A DNA stretch of 64,000 nt from an uncultured Gemmatimonadales bacterium (lineage in GTDB: Bacteria; Gemmatimonadota; Gemmatimonadetes; Longimicrobiales; RSA9): positions 590,890 to 654,889 of the forward strand of contig CAWFKH010000001.1 in the NCBI GenBank assembly GCA_963816355.1. Direction: 5' to 3'. Position 1 is the stretch's first letter; each line of letters begins with the position of its first letter. Positions 43,289 to 52,475 of the stretch are shown here, piece by piece. The notes below the pieces were generated by a model. That model was not told the origin of the DNA. It saw only the letters and a list, made by a program, of their open reading frames with translations, and ran no database searches. Position numbers and translations under genes: made by a program.

Positions 43289-44206
43289 CGCGCCGAGCAC
43301 CCTGCGAGGCGGCCCATCGCCAACAAGTGAAAGTGGTTGCCCTGCGTCGCACCCGCGCCGCGCCGGCGGCTGCTCCGCGACCCCCACGACCTCCGCGAGA
43401 GACAGGCTTTCGAACGTGAAGGCCGCCGCGAAGTAACCTAGCGGCGTTTCCGCGCGCGCGTGGCGAGGCTTGGTTCATGAATGTTCACGCGGAGGGCGCG
43501 ATGGTCGCGGCGGGGTTCGCGGCGAGGCGGACTTCGTGGAGTTACCGAGGCCGTTTTCGCCGGAAGCCGCCGTCTTCTTTGTGGTTGCGTCGCGCGGAGC
43601 ACGCTACGTGGCGAGCAGCCACCAAGATAATGAAGATGGTCGCCCTGCGTCGCACCAACGTCGCGCCGGTGGTCCCCCCGCGACTCCGACCTCCTCCGCG
43701 TCCTCCGCGTCCTCCGCGTCCTCCGCGAGAGACAGCTCTCGAGCGTCGTCGGCCGCCGCCATCGCGCTCTGGTCTGCGGAAGTGTGGGCGCCATTATGGC
43801 AGGCTTACCGCGGCCGGCCGCAGGCGCCAGGATGAAAGGTCGTCCCATGCGCTCCGAACCCGTGTGGCTCTGTTCGCGGAAAATGTTGGTGTTTCGTAAG
43901 TGAATGTGGTGCAAGGCTCTGTGATGCCCTTACCGGGCTCTCCCCCGGGACCAACACTTCCTGCGAACAGAGCCACACGGCGTCCCGGAGAAGGGTGCGG
44001 GTCTCTTCGTGGTGGGGGCGCCGCCCGCCGGCGGAGGCCCACGAAATGGCCTCGCGGCGTTTCCGAACGCGCGCGGCGAGGCCCGTTGCGCGGCGCGGAG
44101 CAGCCGACGAGGCGAGCCACCGCCAACAACTGAGCGTGGTTGCCGTGCGTCGCACCCGCGTCGCGCCGGTGGCCCCTCCGCGACCTCCGCGCCCCCCGCG
44201 AAGCAG
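43289..44206. repeat. Three degenerate copies of a 115-145 bp unit (at about 43289, 43591, 44091) in a noncoding tract
   Basis: Shared core GGT[T/C]GCC[C/G]TGCGTCGCACC..CGCGCCGG..CCGCGA in all three copies. Confidence 0.75.
43861..43979. repeat. 30-bp inverted repeat (27/30 match) flanking a 59-nt spacer
   Basis: CGTGTGGCTCTGTTCGCGGAAAATGTTGGT ... ACCAACACTTCCTGCGAACAGAGCCACACG. Confidence 0.85.
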
Positions 44207-44274
44207 CCCGGCTGCCGATCCAAACGCGCGCGGCGGGCACCGTCCGCGGGGAATCGAGATCACGGCTCGCGCGC

Positions 44275-44290
44275 CGGCAGATTTCTTGCC
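44275..44290 (+). promoter_or_regulatory. Candidate sigma54 promoter of the Zn-finger/Ku operon
   Basis: CGGCAG-ATTTC-TTGCC with GG-N10-GC, just upstream of the GGAGG RBS and ATG 44317. Confidence 0.55.
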
Positions 44291-44316
44291 CCCTGCGTGC
44301 GCTGGGAGGGACCGCG

Positions 44317-44667
44317 ATGACCACGACGAACCGGTGGTGGCTGGAGGGCGGAAGTGAGACGTGCGGCTTCTGCCTGCAGCGCTACGCCTACGAGATCGAG
44401 TACCGCTGCGCTGCGTGCGACCGCGCGGTGTGCCCGTCCTGCGTCGTCGTCGTGCGGGGGCGCTCCGAAGTGCTGTGTGGCGATTGCGCCGGTCCGGCGC
44501 GCGGCGTGGGCGCGGGTGGCGCGGGTGACGCTTGTGGTGCGGGTGGCGCTTGTGGTGTGGGTGGCGAGGGTGGCGCGGGTGGTGCGGGTGGCGCGGGTGG
44601 CGCGGGTGGCGCGGGTGGGGACAATGGCGGTGGGGCGCGGGCGCGGCGCGCCACGCGAGGGGACTGA
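44317..44667 (+). CDS. Small Cys-rich zinc-finger protein (4 CxxC) with Gly-rich tail
   Basis: CGFC, CAAC, CPSC, CGDC; GGAGG RBS; stop 1 nt before the Ku start. Confidence 0.7.
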   Translation: MTTTNRWWLEGGSETCGFCLQRYAYEIEYRCAACDRAVCPSCVVVVRGRSEVLCGDCAGPARGVGAGGAGDACGAGGACGVGGEGGAGGAGGAGGAGGAGGDNGGGARARRATRGD

Positions 44668-44668
44668 C

Positions 44669-45457
44669 GTGGCGCGCGCGATCTGGAAGGGCGTCGTCGG
44701 CTTCGGCGACGTGGCGGTGCCGGTCAAGCTGTACGCGGCGGTGGAGGACCGGAAGGTGCATTTCCGCCTGCTGCACGAGCGCGATCGCGTGCCGGTGAAG
44801 CAGCGCATGGTGAATCCGGCTACGGGCAATGTCGTGCCGTACGAGCAGATGCGGCGCGGCTTCGAGACGGACGACGGCGCCTTCGTCGTCCTGGACGAGG
44901 CGGACCTGGCGGAGCTGGAGCCGGAGCCGTCGCGCGCGATCGACGTGACGCGCTTCGTTCCGCCGTCGGAGATCGACCACCGCTGGTACGACCGGCCCTA
45001 CTTCCTCGGCCCGGACGGAGACGACGGCGCCTACTTCGCGCTCGCGGCGGCGCTGCGGAAGGAGGATCGGGAGGGCGTCGCGCGCTGGGTGATGCGGAAG
45101 AAGGAGTACGTCGGCGCGCTGCGCACGGAGGGCGACTACCTGATGCTGATCACGCTGCGGCACGCCGGCGAGGTGGTGGCGGCGTCGTCGCTGCCGAAGC
45201 CGAAGGGGCGCGCTCCGGCAAAGGGCGAGCTGGCGATGGCCCGTCAGCTCGTCGGCCTGCTGGAGGACGATTTCGACCCCACCGGGTTCCACGACGAGTA
45301 CCGCGAGCGTGTCCTGGCGCTGATCGAAGCGAAGGCGAGCGGCCGCGCCGTGCCGCTGCGTCGCCCGCCCGAGAAGGAGGCGGCGCCGGAGTCGCTGGAG
45401 GACGTGCTCCGCGCCAGCGTCGAGGGCGCGAAGCGGGGGCGGGCCCATGCCGCGTGA
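44669..45457 (+). CDS. ku: Non-homologous end joining protein Ku (copy 1, core only)
   Basis: ARAIWKG...FGDV.VPVKLY.A, PYFLGPD, F.DEYRERV..LIE.K. Confidence 0.92.
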   Translation: MARAIWKGVVGFGDVAVPVKLYAAVEDRKVHFRLLHERDRVPVKQRMVNPATGNVVPYEQMRRGFETDDGAFVVLDEADLAELEPEPSRAIDVTRFVPPSEIDHRWYDRPYFLGPDGDDGAYFALAAALRKEDREGVARWVMRKKEYVGALRTEGDYLMLITLRHAGEVVAASSLPKPKGRAPAKGELAMARQLVGLLEDDFDPTGFHDEYRERVLALIEAKASGRAVPLRRPPEKEAAPESLEDVLRASVEGAKRGRAHAA

Positions 45458-46625
45458 GGCGCCGGACCGCGGCGCGACGAACCGCGGCGCGACGAACCGC
45501 GGCGCGACGAACCGCGGCGCGACGAACCGCGGCCTGCGCAATCCGGACGGTACAGGCGACGCCACGGACGCCTCTCCGCGCGCGCGCGCCTTCTGGTCCG
45601 GCACGATCAGCTTCGGCCTGGTGAGCGTGCCGGTTGACCTCTACCCGGCGAACCGGTCGGGGCGCGTGTCGCTGCGCATGCTGGCGCCGGATGGCACGCC
45701 GTTGCGACGCCGCTACTTCTGCCCCGAGGACGACCGCGAGATTCCGGGCGACGCGATCGTCCGCGGCTACGAGATCGAGAAGGGCGAGTTCGTCGTCGTG
45801 AGCGACGAGGAGCTCAACTCTCTGGCGCCGGAGAAGACGCGCGACATCGACCTGCAGCGGTTCGTCGACGCGGACGCCATCGACCCGATCTACTTCGACC
45901 GCGGCTATTTCCTCACGCCGGCCGGCGCATCGACGAAGGCGTACCGCCTGCTCGCGGCCACGATGGAGGAGGAGGGAAAGGCGGGGATCGCGACGTTCGT
46001 CATGCGCGCCAAGGAGTACCTCGTCGCGATCCTCGCCGAGGGCGGCATCCTGCGCGCCGAGACGCTCCGCTTCGCCGACGAGGTGCGCGACGCCGCCGAC
46101 GTCGGGCTGCCGGAGCCGGAGCGGCCGCCGGCGGCGCGCGTGCGCGCGATCGGAAGGGCGATCCGCGCCAGCGAGGCGGCGCGGCTCGACGCGGCGGAGC
46201 TCGAGGACCGGGAGTCGGAGCGGCTCCTCGATCGGGTCGAGCGGAAGCGGCGCGCGGGCGAGAATGTCGTGCGTCCGGAAGCGGCGGAGGCGGAGCCTGA
46301 GACCGAGGTGATCGACCTGATGCAGGTGCTCAAGCGCAGCCTGAGCGGCGCGGCCGCCGAAGCGGGTGGCGGATCGCGCGCGGCGCGCCGCGCCGGCCGC
46401 TCCGGCGGTGGCCGGGCGGACCGCTCCGACGATGGCCGGGCGGACCGCTCCGGCGATGGCCGGGCGCGTCGCTCCGGCGGTGGCCGGGCGGACCGCTCCG
46501 GCGCCGCGGCGCTGCGCGACCTGACGAAGGCGGAGCTGTACGAGCGCGCGAAGCGGCTGGAGATCCCGGGGCGCAGCGGCATGTCGAAGGCGGATCTCGT
46601 CGAGGCGATCCGCCGCAGTGCGTGA
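45447..46625 (+). CDS. ku: Non-homologous end joining protein Ku (copy 2, with C-terminal Rho-N-like domain)
   Basis: FWSGTISFGLVSVPV.LY, IDPIYFDRGYFL, VIDLMQVLKRSL; tail LTKAELYERAKRLEIPGRSGMSKADL. Confidence 0.93.
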   Translation: MPREAPDRGATNRGATNRGATNRGATNRGLRNPDGTGDATDASPRARAFWSGTISFGLVSVPVDLYPANRSGRVSLRMLAPDGTPLRRRYFCPEDDREIPGDAIVRGYEIEKGEFVVVSDEELNSLAPEKTRDIDLQRFVDADAIDPIYFDRGYFLTPAGASTKAYRLLAATMEEEGKAGIATFVMRAKEYLVAILAEGGILRAETLRFADEVRDAADVGLPEPERPPAARVRAIGRAIRASEAARLDAAELEDRESERLLDRVERKRRAGENVVRPEAAEAEPETEVIDLMQVLKRSLSGAAAEAGGGSRAARRAGRSGGGRADRSDDGRADRSGDGRARRSGGGRADRSGAAALRDLTKAELYERAKRLEIPGRSGMSKADLVEAIRRSA

Positions 46626-46637
46626 TATGTTGGGCGC

Positions 46638-47789
46638 ATGAGAGCGGCGATCTTCCGCGAGCACGGCGGCCCGGACGTGGTCCGCATCGAGGACGTCGAG
46701 CGTCCCGCGCCCGGTCCCGGCGAGGTGCTGGTCGAGGTGCGCGCGGCGGCGCTGAACCACCTCGACCTGTGGGTGCGCCGCGGCTTGCCGGTGGAGACGG
46801 TGATGCCGCACATCGGCGGCGCCGATGTCGCCGGCGTCGTCGCGGAGTTGGGGCCGGGGGTGACGAGCGGCGGCGCGGGCTCGGCGGCAGACGCGGGCTC
46901 GGCGGCAGGCGCGGGCTCGGCGGCAGGCGCGGGCTCGGCGGCAGACGCGGGCTCGGCGGCAGGCGCGGGCTCGGCGGCAGGCGAGAGCGTCGTGGCGCCC
47001 GCACCCGGGACCCGCGTCGTCGTCAATCCCTCCCTCTGGTGCGGCGCGTGCGAATGGTGCGTGCGTGGCGAGCACCCGCTGTGCGAGCGCTTCCGCATCC
47101 TCGGCGAGCACACGCAGGGCGGCTTCGCGGAGTACGTCGTCGTCCCGGCGCGCAACCTGCTGCCGATTCCGGACGACGTCGACTGGGCGAGCGCCGCGGC
47201 CGCTCCGCTCGTCTATCAGACGGCGTGGCGGGGGCTGGTTACGCGCGCCGGGCTGCGCGCCGGCGAGGACGTGCTGATCACCGGCGCGTCGGGCGGCGTG
47301 GCGACGGCCGCGATCCAGATCGCGAAGCTGTGCGGGGCGCGCGTCTTCGCCGTCACGTCCACGGCCACTCTCGAGCGCGTGCGCGATCTGGGCGCCGACG
47401 TCGTGTTCGACCGCACGGCGGTCGACGCGAGCCGCGAGGTGTGGGCGGCGACCGGCAAGCGCGGCGTGGACATCGTATTCGATTCGGTCGGCGAGGCGAT
47501 GTGGAAGGGGAACGTGCGCGCGCTGGCGAAGAACGGCCGGCTGGTCGCCTACGGCGCGACGACCGGCCCCGACGCGCGGCTCGACATCCGGCTGCTCTTC
47601 TGGAAGCAGTTGCGGGTGATCGGCACGACGATGGCGACGCGCGCCGAGTTCGAGCGTGTCATGGCGCTCGTGCTGCGCGGCGAGCTGCGGCCGGCGGTCG
47701 ACGTCGTGTGGCCGCTCGAGCGGGCGCGCGAAGCGCACGAGCGGCTGGAGGCGGGCGATCAGTTCGGCAAGATCGTCCTGACGCCATAG
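46638..47789 (+). CDS. Zinc-binding dehydrogenase / quinone oxidoreductase (MDR family) with internal 18-bp repeat
   Basis: AALNHLDLW, CGACEWC..C, GASGGV, GKIVL; (AGSAAG/D)n insert at about 46870-46985. Confidence 0.9.
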   Translation: MRAAIFREHGGPDVVRIEDVERPAPGPGEVLVEVRAAALNHLDLWVRRGLPVETVMPHIGGADVAGVVAELGPGVTSGGAGSAADAGSAAGAGSAAGAGSAADAGSAAGAGSAAGESVVAPAPGTRVVVNPSLWCGACEWCVRGEHPLCERFRILGEHTQGGFAEYVVVPARNLLPIPDDVDWASAAAAPLVYQTAWRGLVTRAGLRAGEDVLITGASGGVATAAIQIAKLCGARVFAVTSTATLERVRDLGADVVFDRTAVDASREVWAATGKRGVDIVFDSVGEAMWKGNVRALAKNGRLVAYGATTGPDARLDIRLLFWKQLRVIGTTMATRAEFERVMALVLRGELRPAVDVVWPLERAREAHERLEAGDQFGKIVLTP

Positions 47790-47912
47790 CGGGGCGCGGC
47801 GTCGCGCGGCGCCAGCGGACGTGCCGCACGCGGCGGACGTGCGGCGCCCGGCGGGCGTGCCGCGTGCGTCGCTCGAACGCGTCGCCCATCCCTCGCCGGG
47901 CCCCCGGCAGCG

Positions 47913-48998
47913 TCAGCGGATCAGCGGGTTCCTCGGATAGATCGGGTAGTAGACGGCGTCGAGCGGGACGTGGCCGCCGGGCCAGTCGGCCGCCTTGTGC
48001 GCGAACACGGGGCGCGGCTTCGAGTTCACGTACGCCGCGATCTGCTGCGCCTCCACGTCGCTGAGCGTGCCCGGCGCGGTGAGCGGCATGGCGTAGCGGA
48101 TGAAGCCCGCCATCGTGTACACGCGCGCCATGCCGGCGCCGTCGCTCCACGAGCCGGGGCCCCACAGCGGGCCGGGCCGCGCGCCGGCGATCTCGCGACC
48201 CTGCCCGTCCTCGCCGTGGCACATCGAGCACTTGATCGCGAAGAGGCGCGCGCCCGCGGCGGGGTCGAGCGAGTCGATCGCGATGCGGTGCTCGCGCGCG
48301 ATCACGTTGCGGCCGCGCCACGGCGGGCTCCGCATCAGCGGCTGCCCCTCCGACAGCCACGTGACGTAGGCGGAGAGGGCGAGCAGCTCCTCGCTGTCGT
48401 ACGGGGGCGGCGTGCCCGCCTCGCTGCGTGCGAAGCAGCCGCGGATGCGGTCCTCGAGGCTCGCGATGCGCGCCGACCGCGGGCGGTAGAGCGGGAAGAC
48501 GCCGGCCGAGCCGACGAGCGGCAGCCCCAGCTCGCGCTGCCCGGCGTTGAGGTGGCAGTTCGAGCACGCGAGCGCGTTGCCCACCCAGCGGCGCGCCAGC
48601 CGCGGCGTGTTCGTGAAGACCGCGTAGCCGAGCTGGATGCGACGCGCCAGCGCCGTGTCCGCCGGCAACGCATCGCGCGACGGGTCCATGTGGCGCACGG
48701 CCACGCTGTCGAGCGGGGCGCTCGCCGCCACCAGCCGGCCGCGCAGCGCGTCGAACGGCGACGGCGCGGCGGAGGTGCGCGCCGGGGCCGCGGGAGCCGC
48801 CTCCGTCTGCGCGGTCGGGGGCGCGTCGCTGGTGGGGGCGCACGCGGAGAGCGCCGCCGCGGCCGCGAGCGCGAGGACGGCGGCGCGCGCGAGGATGGCG
48901 GCCCGCGCCGCGACGCCGGCGCGCGCGCGGGCTGCCGCGGCGGCCGTCCGGCGCGCGTCCCCGGCCGCGGTCGGTGTGCGGGCGGCCGGCGCGCTCAC
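47913..48998 (-). CDS. tsdA: Diheme cytochrome c lipoprotein, thiosulfate dehydrogenase TsdA-like
   Basis: CSNCH, CSMCH, RIRGCFARS (Cys ligand motif), PLWG..S..GAGM, AMP; lipobox LSAC. Confidence 0.7.
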   Translation of the reverse strand: MSAPAARTPTAAGDARRTAAAAARARAGVAARAAILARAAVLALAAAAALSACAPTSDAPPTAQTEAAPAAPARTSAAPSPFDALRGRLVAASAPLDSVAVRHMDPSRDALPADTALARRIQLGYAVFTNTPRLARRWVGNALACSNCHLNAGQRELGLPLVGSAGVFPLYRPRSARIASLEDRIRGCFARSEAGTPPPYDSEELLALSAYVTWLSEGQPLMRSPPWRGRNVIAREHRIAIDSLDPAAGARLFAIKCSMCHGEDGQGREIAGARPGPLWGPGSWSDGAGMARVYTMAGFIRYAMPLTAPGTLSDVEAQQIAAYVNSKPRPVFAHKAADWPGGHVPLDAVYYPIYPRNPLIR

Positions 48999-49354
48999 GG
49001 CGTGCGCTTCGGCGTCCAGCGGTCGGCGTCGCGGACCCGGTACTTGTCGAGGACCCATCGTAGCGCCTCCTCCAGGTCGATCCCCTGCTGGTTGGCGATG
49101 GCGATCACCACGAATAGGATGTCGGCGAGCTCGAGCGCCAGGTCGGTGTCCGGCTCGTCGGCCTTCTTCGGCTTGTGACCGAAGCGGTGGTTCATCTCGC
49201 GCGCCAGTTCGCCGACCTCCTCGACGAGTCGCGCAAGGTTGGAGAGCGGCGGCCAGTAGCCCTCCTCGAAGCTCGAGATCCAGGCGTCGACGGCGCGCTG
49301 CGCGTCCGCGATGGTGAGCGGCGCGGGCGCCGCGCCGCCGCTCTCATCGCTCAA
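48995..49354 (-). CDS. MazG-like nucleotide pyrophosphohydrolase (YpjD-like)
   Basis: GYWPPLSNLARLVEEVGELARE, ELADILF, RDADRW. Confidence 0.9.
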   Translation of the reverse strand: MSDESGGAAPAPLTIADAQRAVDAWISSFEEGYWPPLSNLARLVEEVGELAREMNHRFGHKPKKADEPDTDLALELADILFVVIAIANQQGIDLEEALRWVLDKYRVRDADRWTPKRTP

Positions 49355-50499
49355 CGGCGTCCCGCCACGATCTCGTCGACCGCCGCGTCGATCTCCGCCT
49401 CGGTGTTGTAGAAGTGCGGCGAGAGCCGGACGTAGCCGGGCCGCGCGTCGACGATGATGCCGCGGCCGGCGAGGCGCGAGACGGTGGTGTGCGCGTCGTC
49501 GTCACGCACCATCACGATGGCGGAGCGCGCCTCGGGCGTGGGGGCGACGCGCAGCTCGAGGCCGGCGCCGCGCGCGCGGTCGATCAGCCACTCGGTGAGG
49601 CGGGCGTCGCGCTCGCGGATGCGGTCGACGCCGATCTCCTCGATGAGCGCGCCGCCGCCGAGCGCGGCGTGGACGGTGGGCAGCGCGGGGGTGCCGAGCT
49701 CGAAGCGGCGGGCGTCGTCGGCGCGCTCGAGGGTGCGGCTGTCGAAGCCGAACGGGTCGCGGGTGCCGAGCCAGCCGGCGACGGTGGGCCGCAGCTCGTG
49801 GGCGAGCGCCTCGCGGACGTAGAGGTAGGCGAGGCCGGGCCCGCCGAGCAGCCACTTGAGCGGACCGGTGGTGAGCACGTCGACGTCGGCGGCGCGCACG
49901 TCGATCGGCACCTGCCCCGCGCTCTGGTACGCGTCCACGACGAGGAGCGCGCCGCGCCGATGCGCCACTTCCGCCAGCGTCGCGAGGTCCTGGATCGCGC
50001 CGGTGGTGAAGAAGACGTGGCCGGTGACGACGGCCGAGGTGCGGTCGTCGACGGCGTCCGCGAAGCGCTGCGGGTCGATGGTGGCGCCGTCGTCGCTCGG
50101 CACGCGGACCACCTCGACGTCCGGGCGCGCGAGCCAGACGTAGGCGTCGGTGGGGAAGTCGAGCTCGGAGACGACGACGCGCGGCCGGCGGCGGTAGTCG
50201 AGCGCCGACGCCACGGTGGCGAGCGCGACCGACGTCGACGCCTCGAGCGCGATCTCGCCGGGCGTCGCGTTGAGCAGCCGCGCGACCTGCTCGCGCAGCG
50301 CGCCGAGGCGGCCGAGCCAGGCATCGTACCACGCCGCCGCGCCCAGCCGGTGCCACTCGTCGTGGAAGCGCGCGACGGAGGCGAGCGCGCGCTCGCCCAG
50401 CGCGCCGAGCGAGCAGGAGTTGAGGTAGTTCGCGCGCGCGAGGATCGGGAACTCCGATCGCAGCGCGGTCCAGTCCGGCGTCGTGTCGGGAGGCGGCAA
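49351..50499 (-). CDS. Class V PLP aminotransferase (kynureninase/cysteine desulfurase-like)
   Basis: YLNSCSLG, DFPT, DAYQSAG, KWLLGGPG, RFELGTP, RLSPHFYN. Confidence 0.88.
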   Translation of the reverse strand: MPPPDTTPDWTALRSEFPILARANYLNSCSLGALGERALASVARFHDEWHRLGAAAWYDAWLGRLGALREQVARLLNATPGEIALEASTSVALATVASALDYRRRPRVVVSELDFPTDAYVWLARPDVEVVRVPSDDGATIDPQRFADAVDDRTSAVVTGHVFFTTGAIQDLATLAEVAHRRGALLVVDAYQSAGQVPIDVRAADVDVLTTGPLKWLLGGPGLAYLYVREALAHELRPTVAGWLGTRDPFGFDSRTLERADDARRFELGTPALPTVHAALGGGALIEEIGVDRIRERDARLTEWLIDRARGAGLELRVAPTPEARSAIVMVRDDDAHTTVSRLAGRGIIVDARPGYVRLSPHFYNTEAEIDAAVDEIVAGRR

Positions 50500-50632
50500 T
50501 GTAGGATCCTGTCGGCGGTCGCGGTTGCGCGCAGTTTACCCACGCGCGCGGCGCGAGGGAAGCGGGATCGCCTCGGCGCCGGCGGGCGCGCGCTCTTTCC
50601 CGTCGCGGCCGCGGCCTCCACTATACGCGGCC

Positions 50633-51787
50633 ATGACGATCCTGCTGCTGCTCACGCTGCCGTGGGCGGCGCCGCTGCTGGCGCTGCCGCTGATGATCTG
50701 GCCGCGCCACCGGCTGCGCCGCTATGCGCCGCGCGAAGAGGACGACGTGCCGTCGGTGACGGTGATCGTCCCCGCGCGCGACGAGGTGGTGAACATCGGC
50801 GCGTGCACGGCCACGCTGCTCGACTCGCTGTACGCGAAGCTGGACGTGGTGGTGGTGGTGGACGACCGGAGCGGCGACGGCACGGCGGAGGTGGCGCAGG
50901 CGCTGGCGGAGCGGAGCCACGGCAAGCTGCGGGTGGTGCACGGCGAGGCGCTGCCGGAGGGGTGGGTGGGCAAGAGCTGGGCGTGCTGGCAGGGCTACCG
51001 CGCGGCGGAGGGCGAGCTGCTGCTGTTCACGGACGCGGACACGCGCCACGACCCGGAGCTGGTGGGGCACGCGGTGGCGGCGCTGCTGCGCGAGCGCGCG
51101 GACATGCTGACGGCGCTGCCGCACCAGCAGCTCGAGAGCTTCTGGGAGCGCGTGGTGATGCCGACGGTGCTGACGCTGATCTTCGCGCGCTTCCTGGACC
51201 TGGGGCGGGTCAGCCGCACGCGCAAGGCGCGCGACGCGGCGGCGAACGGGCAGTTCATCCTGGTGCGGCGGGAGGCGTACGAGGCGATCGGCGGGCACGA
51301 GGCGGTGAAGGGGGAGGTGGTGGAGGACGTGCGGCTGGCGCAGCGCGCCGTGGACGCGGGCCAGAACCTCTTCCTCGCCTGGGCGGCCGACCTGCTGCAG
51401 ACGCGCATGTACCGCTCCTTCCGCGACATCGTGGACGGCTGGACGAAGAACCTGGCGATCGGCTCGCGACTGACGGTGGGCGCGCGGCTGCGTCCCGCGA
51501 TCCCGTGGCTGATCGCCGCGTTCGCGCTGCTCTTCTGGGTGCTGCCCGCCGCCGTGCTGCTGCCGTCGCTGGTCGGGCTGACGACGGACGCGCTGCTGGG
51601 CTGGAGCGCCGCGACCGTGGCGCTGTCGCTGGCGTTCTGGGTGGTGGTGGACGTGCGGATGCGGGTGCCGCCCGCCTACGCGCTCGTCTACCCGCTCGGC
51701 GCCGCGGTGACGGCGTGGCTCTTCGTGCGCAGCGCGCGGCGGGGAGGGTGGGTGGAGTGGCGGGGGAGGCGCTACGGGGGTGGATAG
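50633..51787 (+). CDS. Glycosyltransferase family 2 (CrtQ/HpnB-like)
   Basis: IVPARDE, DDRSGDGT, GWVGKSWAC, FTDAD, NGQFIL, VEDV, C-terminal TM helices. Confidence 0.9.
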   Translation: MTILLLLTLPWAAPLLALPLMIWPRHRLRRYAPREEDDVPSVTVIVPARDEVVNIGACTATLLDSLYAKLDVVVVVDDRSGDGTAEVAQALAERSHGKLRVVHGEALPEGWVGKSWACWQGYRAAEGELLLFTDADTRHDPELVGHAVAALLRERADMLTALPHQQLESFWERVVMPTVLTLIFARFLDLGRVSRTRKARDAAANGQFILVRREAYEAIGGHEAVKGEVVEDVRLAQRAVDAGQNLFLAWAADLLQTRMYRSFRDIVDGWTKNLAIGSRLTVGARLRPAIPWLIAAFALLFWVLPAAVLLPSLVGLTTDALLGWSAATVALSLAFWVVVDVRMRVPPAYALVYPLGAAVTAWLFVRSARRGGWVEWRGRRYGGG

Positions 51788-51806
51788 GGGGGGGTGGCGG
51801 GGGACG

Positions 51807-51832
51807 GGTACAGACCGGGACATAGCTGACAC
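51807..51832. mobile_element. Possible orphan IS481-type terminal inverted repeat
   Basis: GGTACAGACCGGGACATAGCTGACAC resembles IS481-family ends as I recall them; no cognate transposase present. Confidence 0.4.
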
Positions 51833-51837
51833 GGCAG

Positions 51838-52325
51838 GAGGGTGTGCATAATTTTCTGTAGTTTCGGTGGCGAAAAGAGGGAAGGCCACCGTATCTCTTC
51901 TGGATCAGAGCAGTTCCACCGGCGGGTTGACGCCCGCCAAACCAGGAGAGAACGATGGCCTTCGAAGAGAAGAGTAGCGCAGCCGAGGAGCGGCTACAAG
52001 CGGGCACGCCGCAGGATCTGCTGCGGAGCCTGGTGGCCCCGGTGGTCCAGGAAGCGTTGGAGAAAGAGTTCGAGCGCTTCCTTGGAGCGGGGCCGTGGGA
52101 GCGAAGCGGCCGTCGGCGCGGGTGGCGAAATGGGCACAAGCGTCGGCGCTGGAGGACGCGGGTGGGATCGATCGAGCTGCGGGTGCCGAAGGACCGGGAG
52201 GGACGCTTCCAGCCGACCCTGTTCGCGCGCTACGAGCGCAGCGAGCGGGCGCTCGTGACGGCGTTGATGGAGATGTACGTGCAGGGGGTGAGCACGCGGA
52301 AGGTGAGCCGGGTGGTGGAGGAGAC
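51838..52325 (+). mobile_element. Truncated IS256 element (left end + N-terminal transposase)
   Basis: IR-like GAGGGTGTGCATAATTTTCTGTA at 51838; homology stops abruptly where GC content drops. Confidence 0.8.
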
Positions 52326-52416
52326 CACGCTTGACTGCTGTCAATCACCGGTATACTGTTTTAGTGGGAGGGTGAAACCTTCCATGAACCCCCATCCCGC
52401 GTCCCTTCGGAAGTGA
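51955..52416 (+). pseudogene. IS256 (mutator) transposase fragment
   Basis: RNG..R...TRVG.IELRVPKDREG.F.P.LF.RY.RSE.AL.....EMYVQGVSTRKV; no DDE core. Confidence 0.9.
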
Positions 52417-52475
52417 GCCTCGCAGGTCGGCACGAGGTAAACCGGAATGCACGTGAGGACCGGCTGCTACCCGCT

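Noticed and set aside
43289..44206. Repeats as a CRISPR array
   Set aside because: Units are long, degenerate and irregularly spaced; no cas genes
48995..49354. MazG-like gene as an anti-phage effector
   Set aside because: Looks like the housekeeping YpjD type and has no defence neighbours
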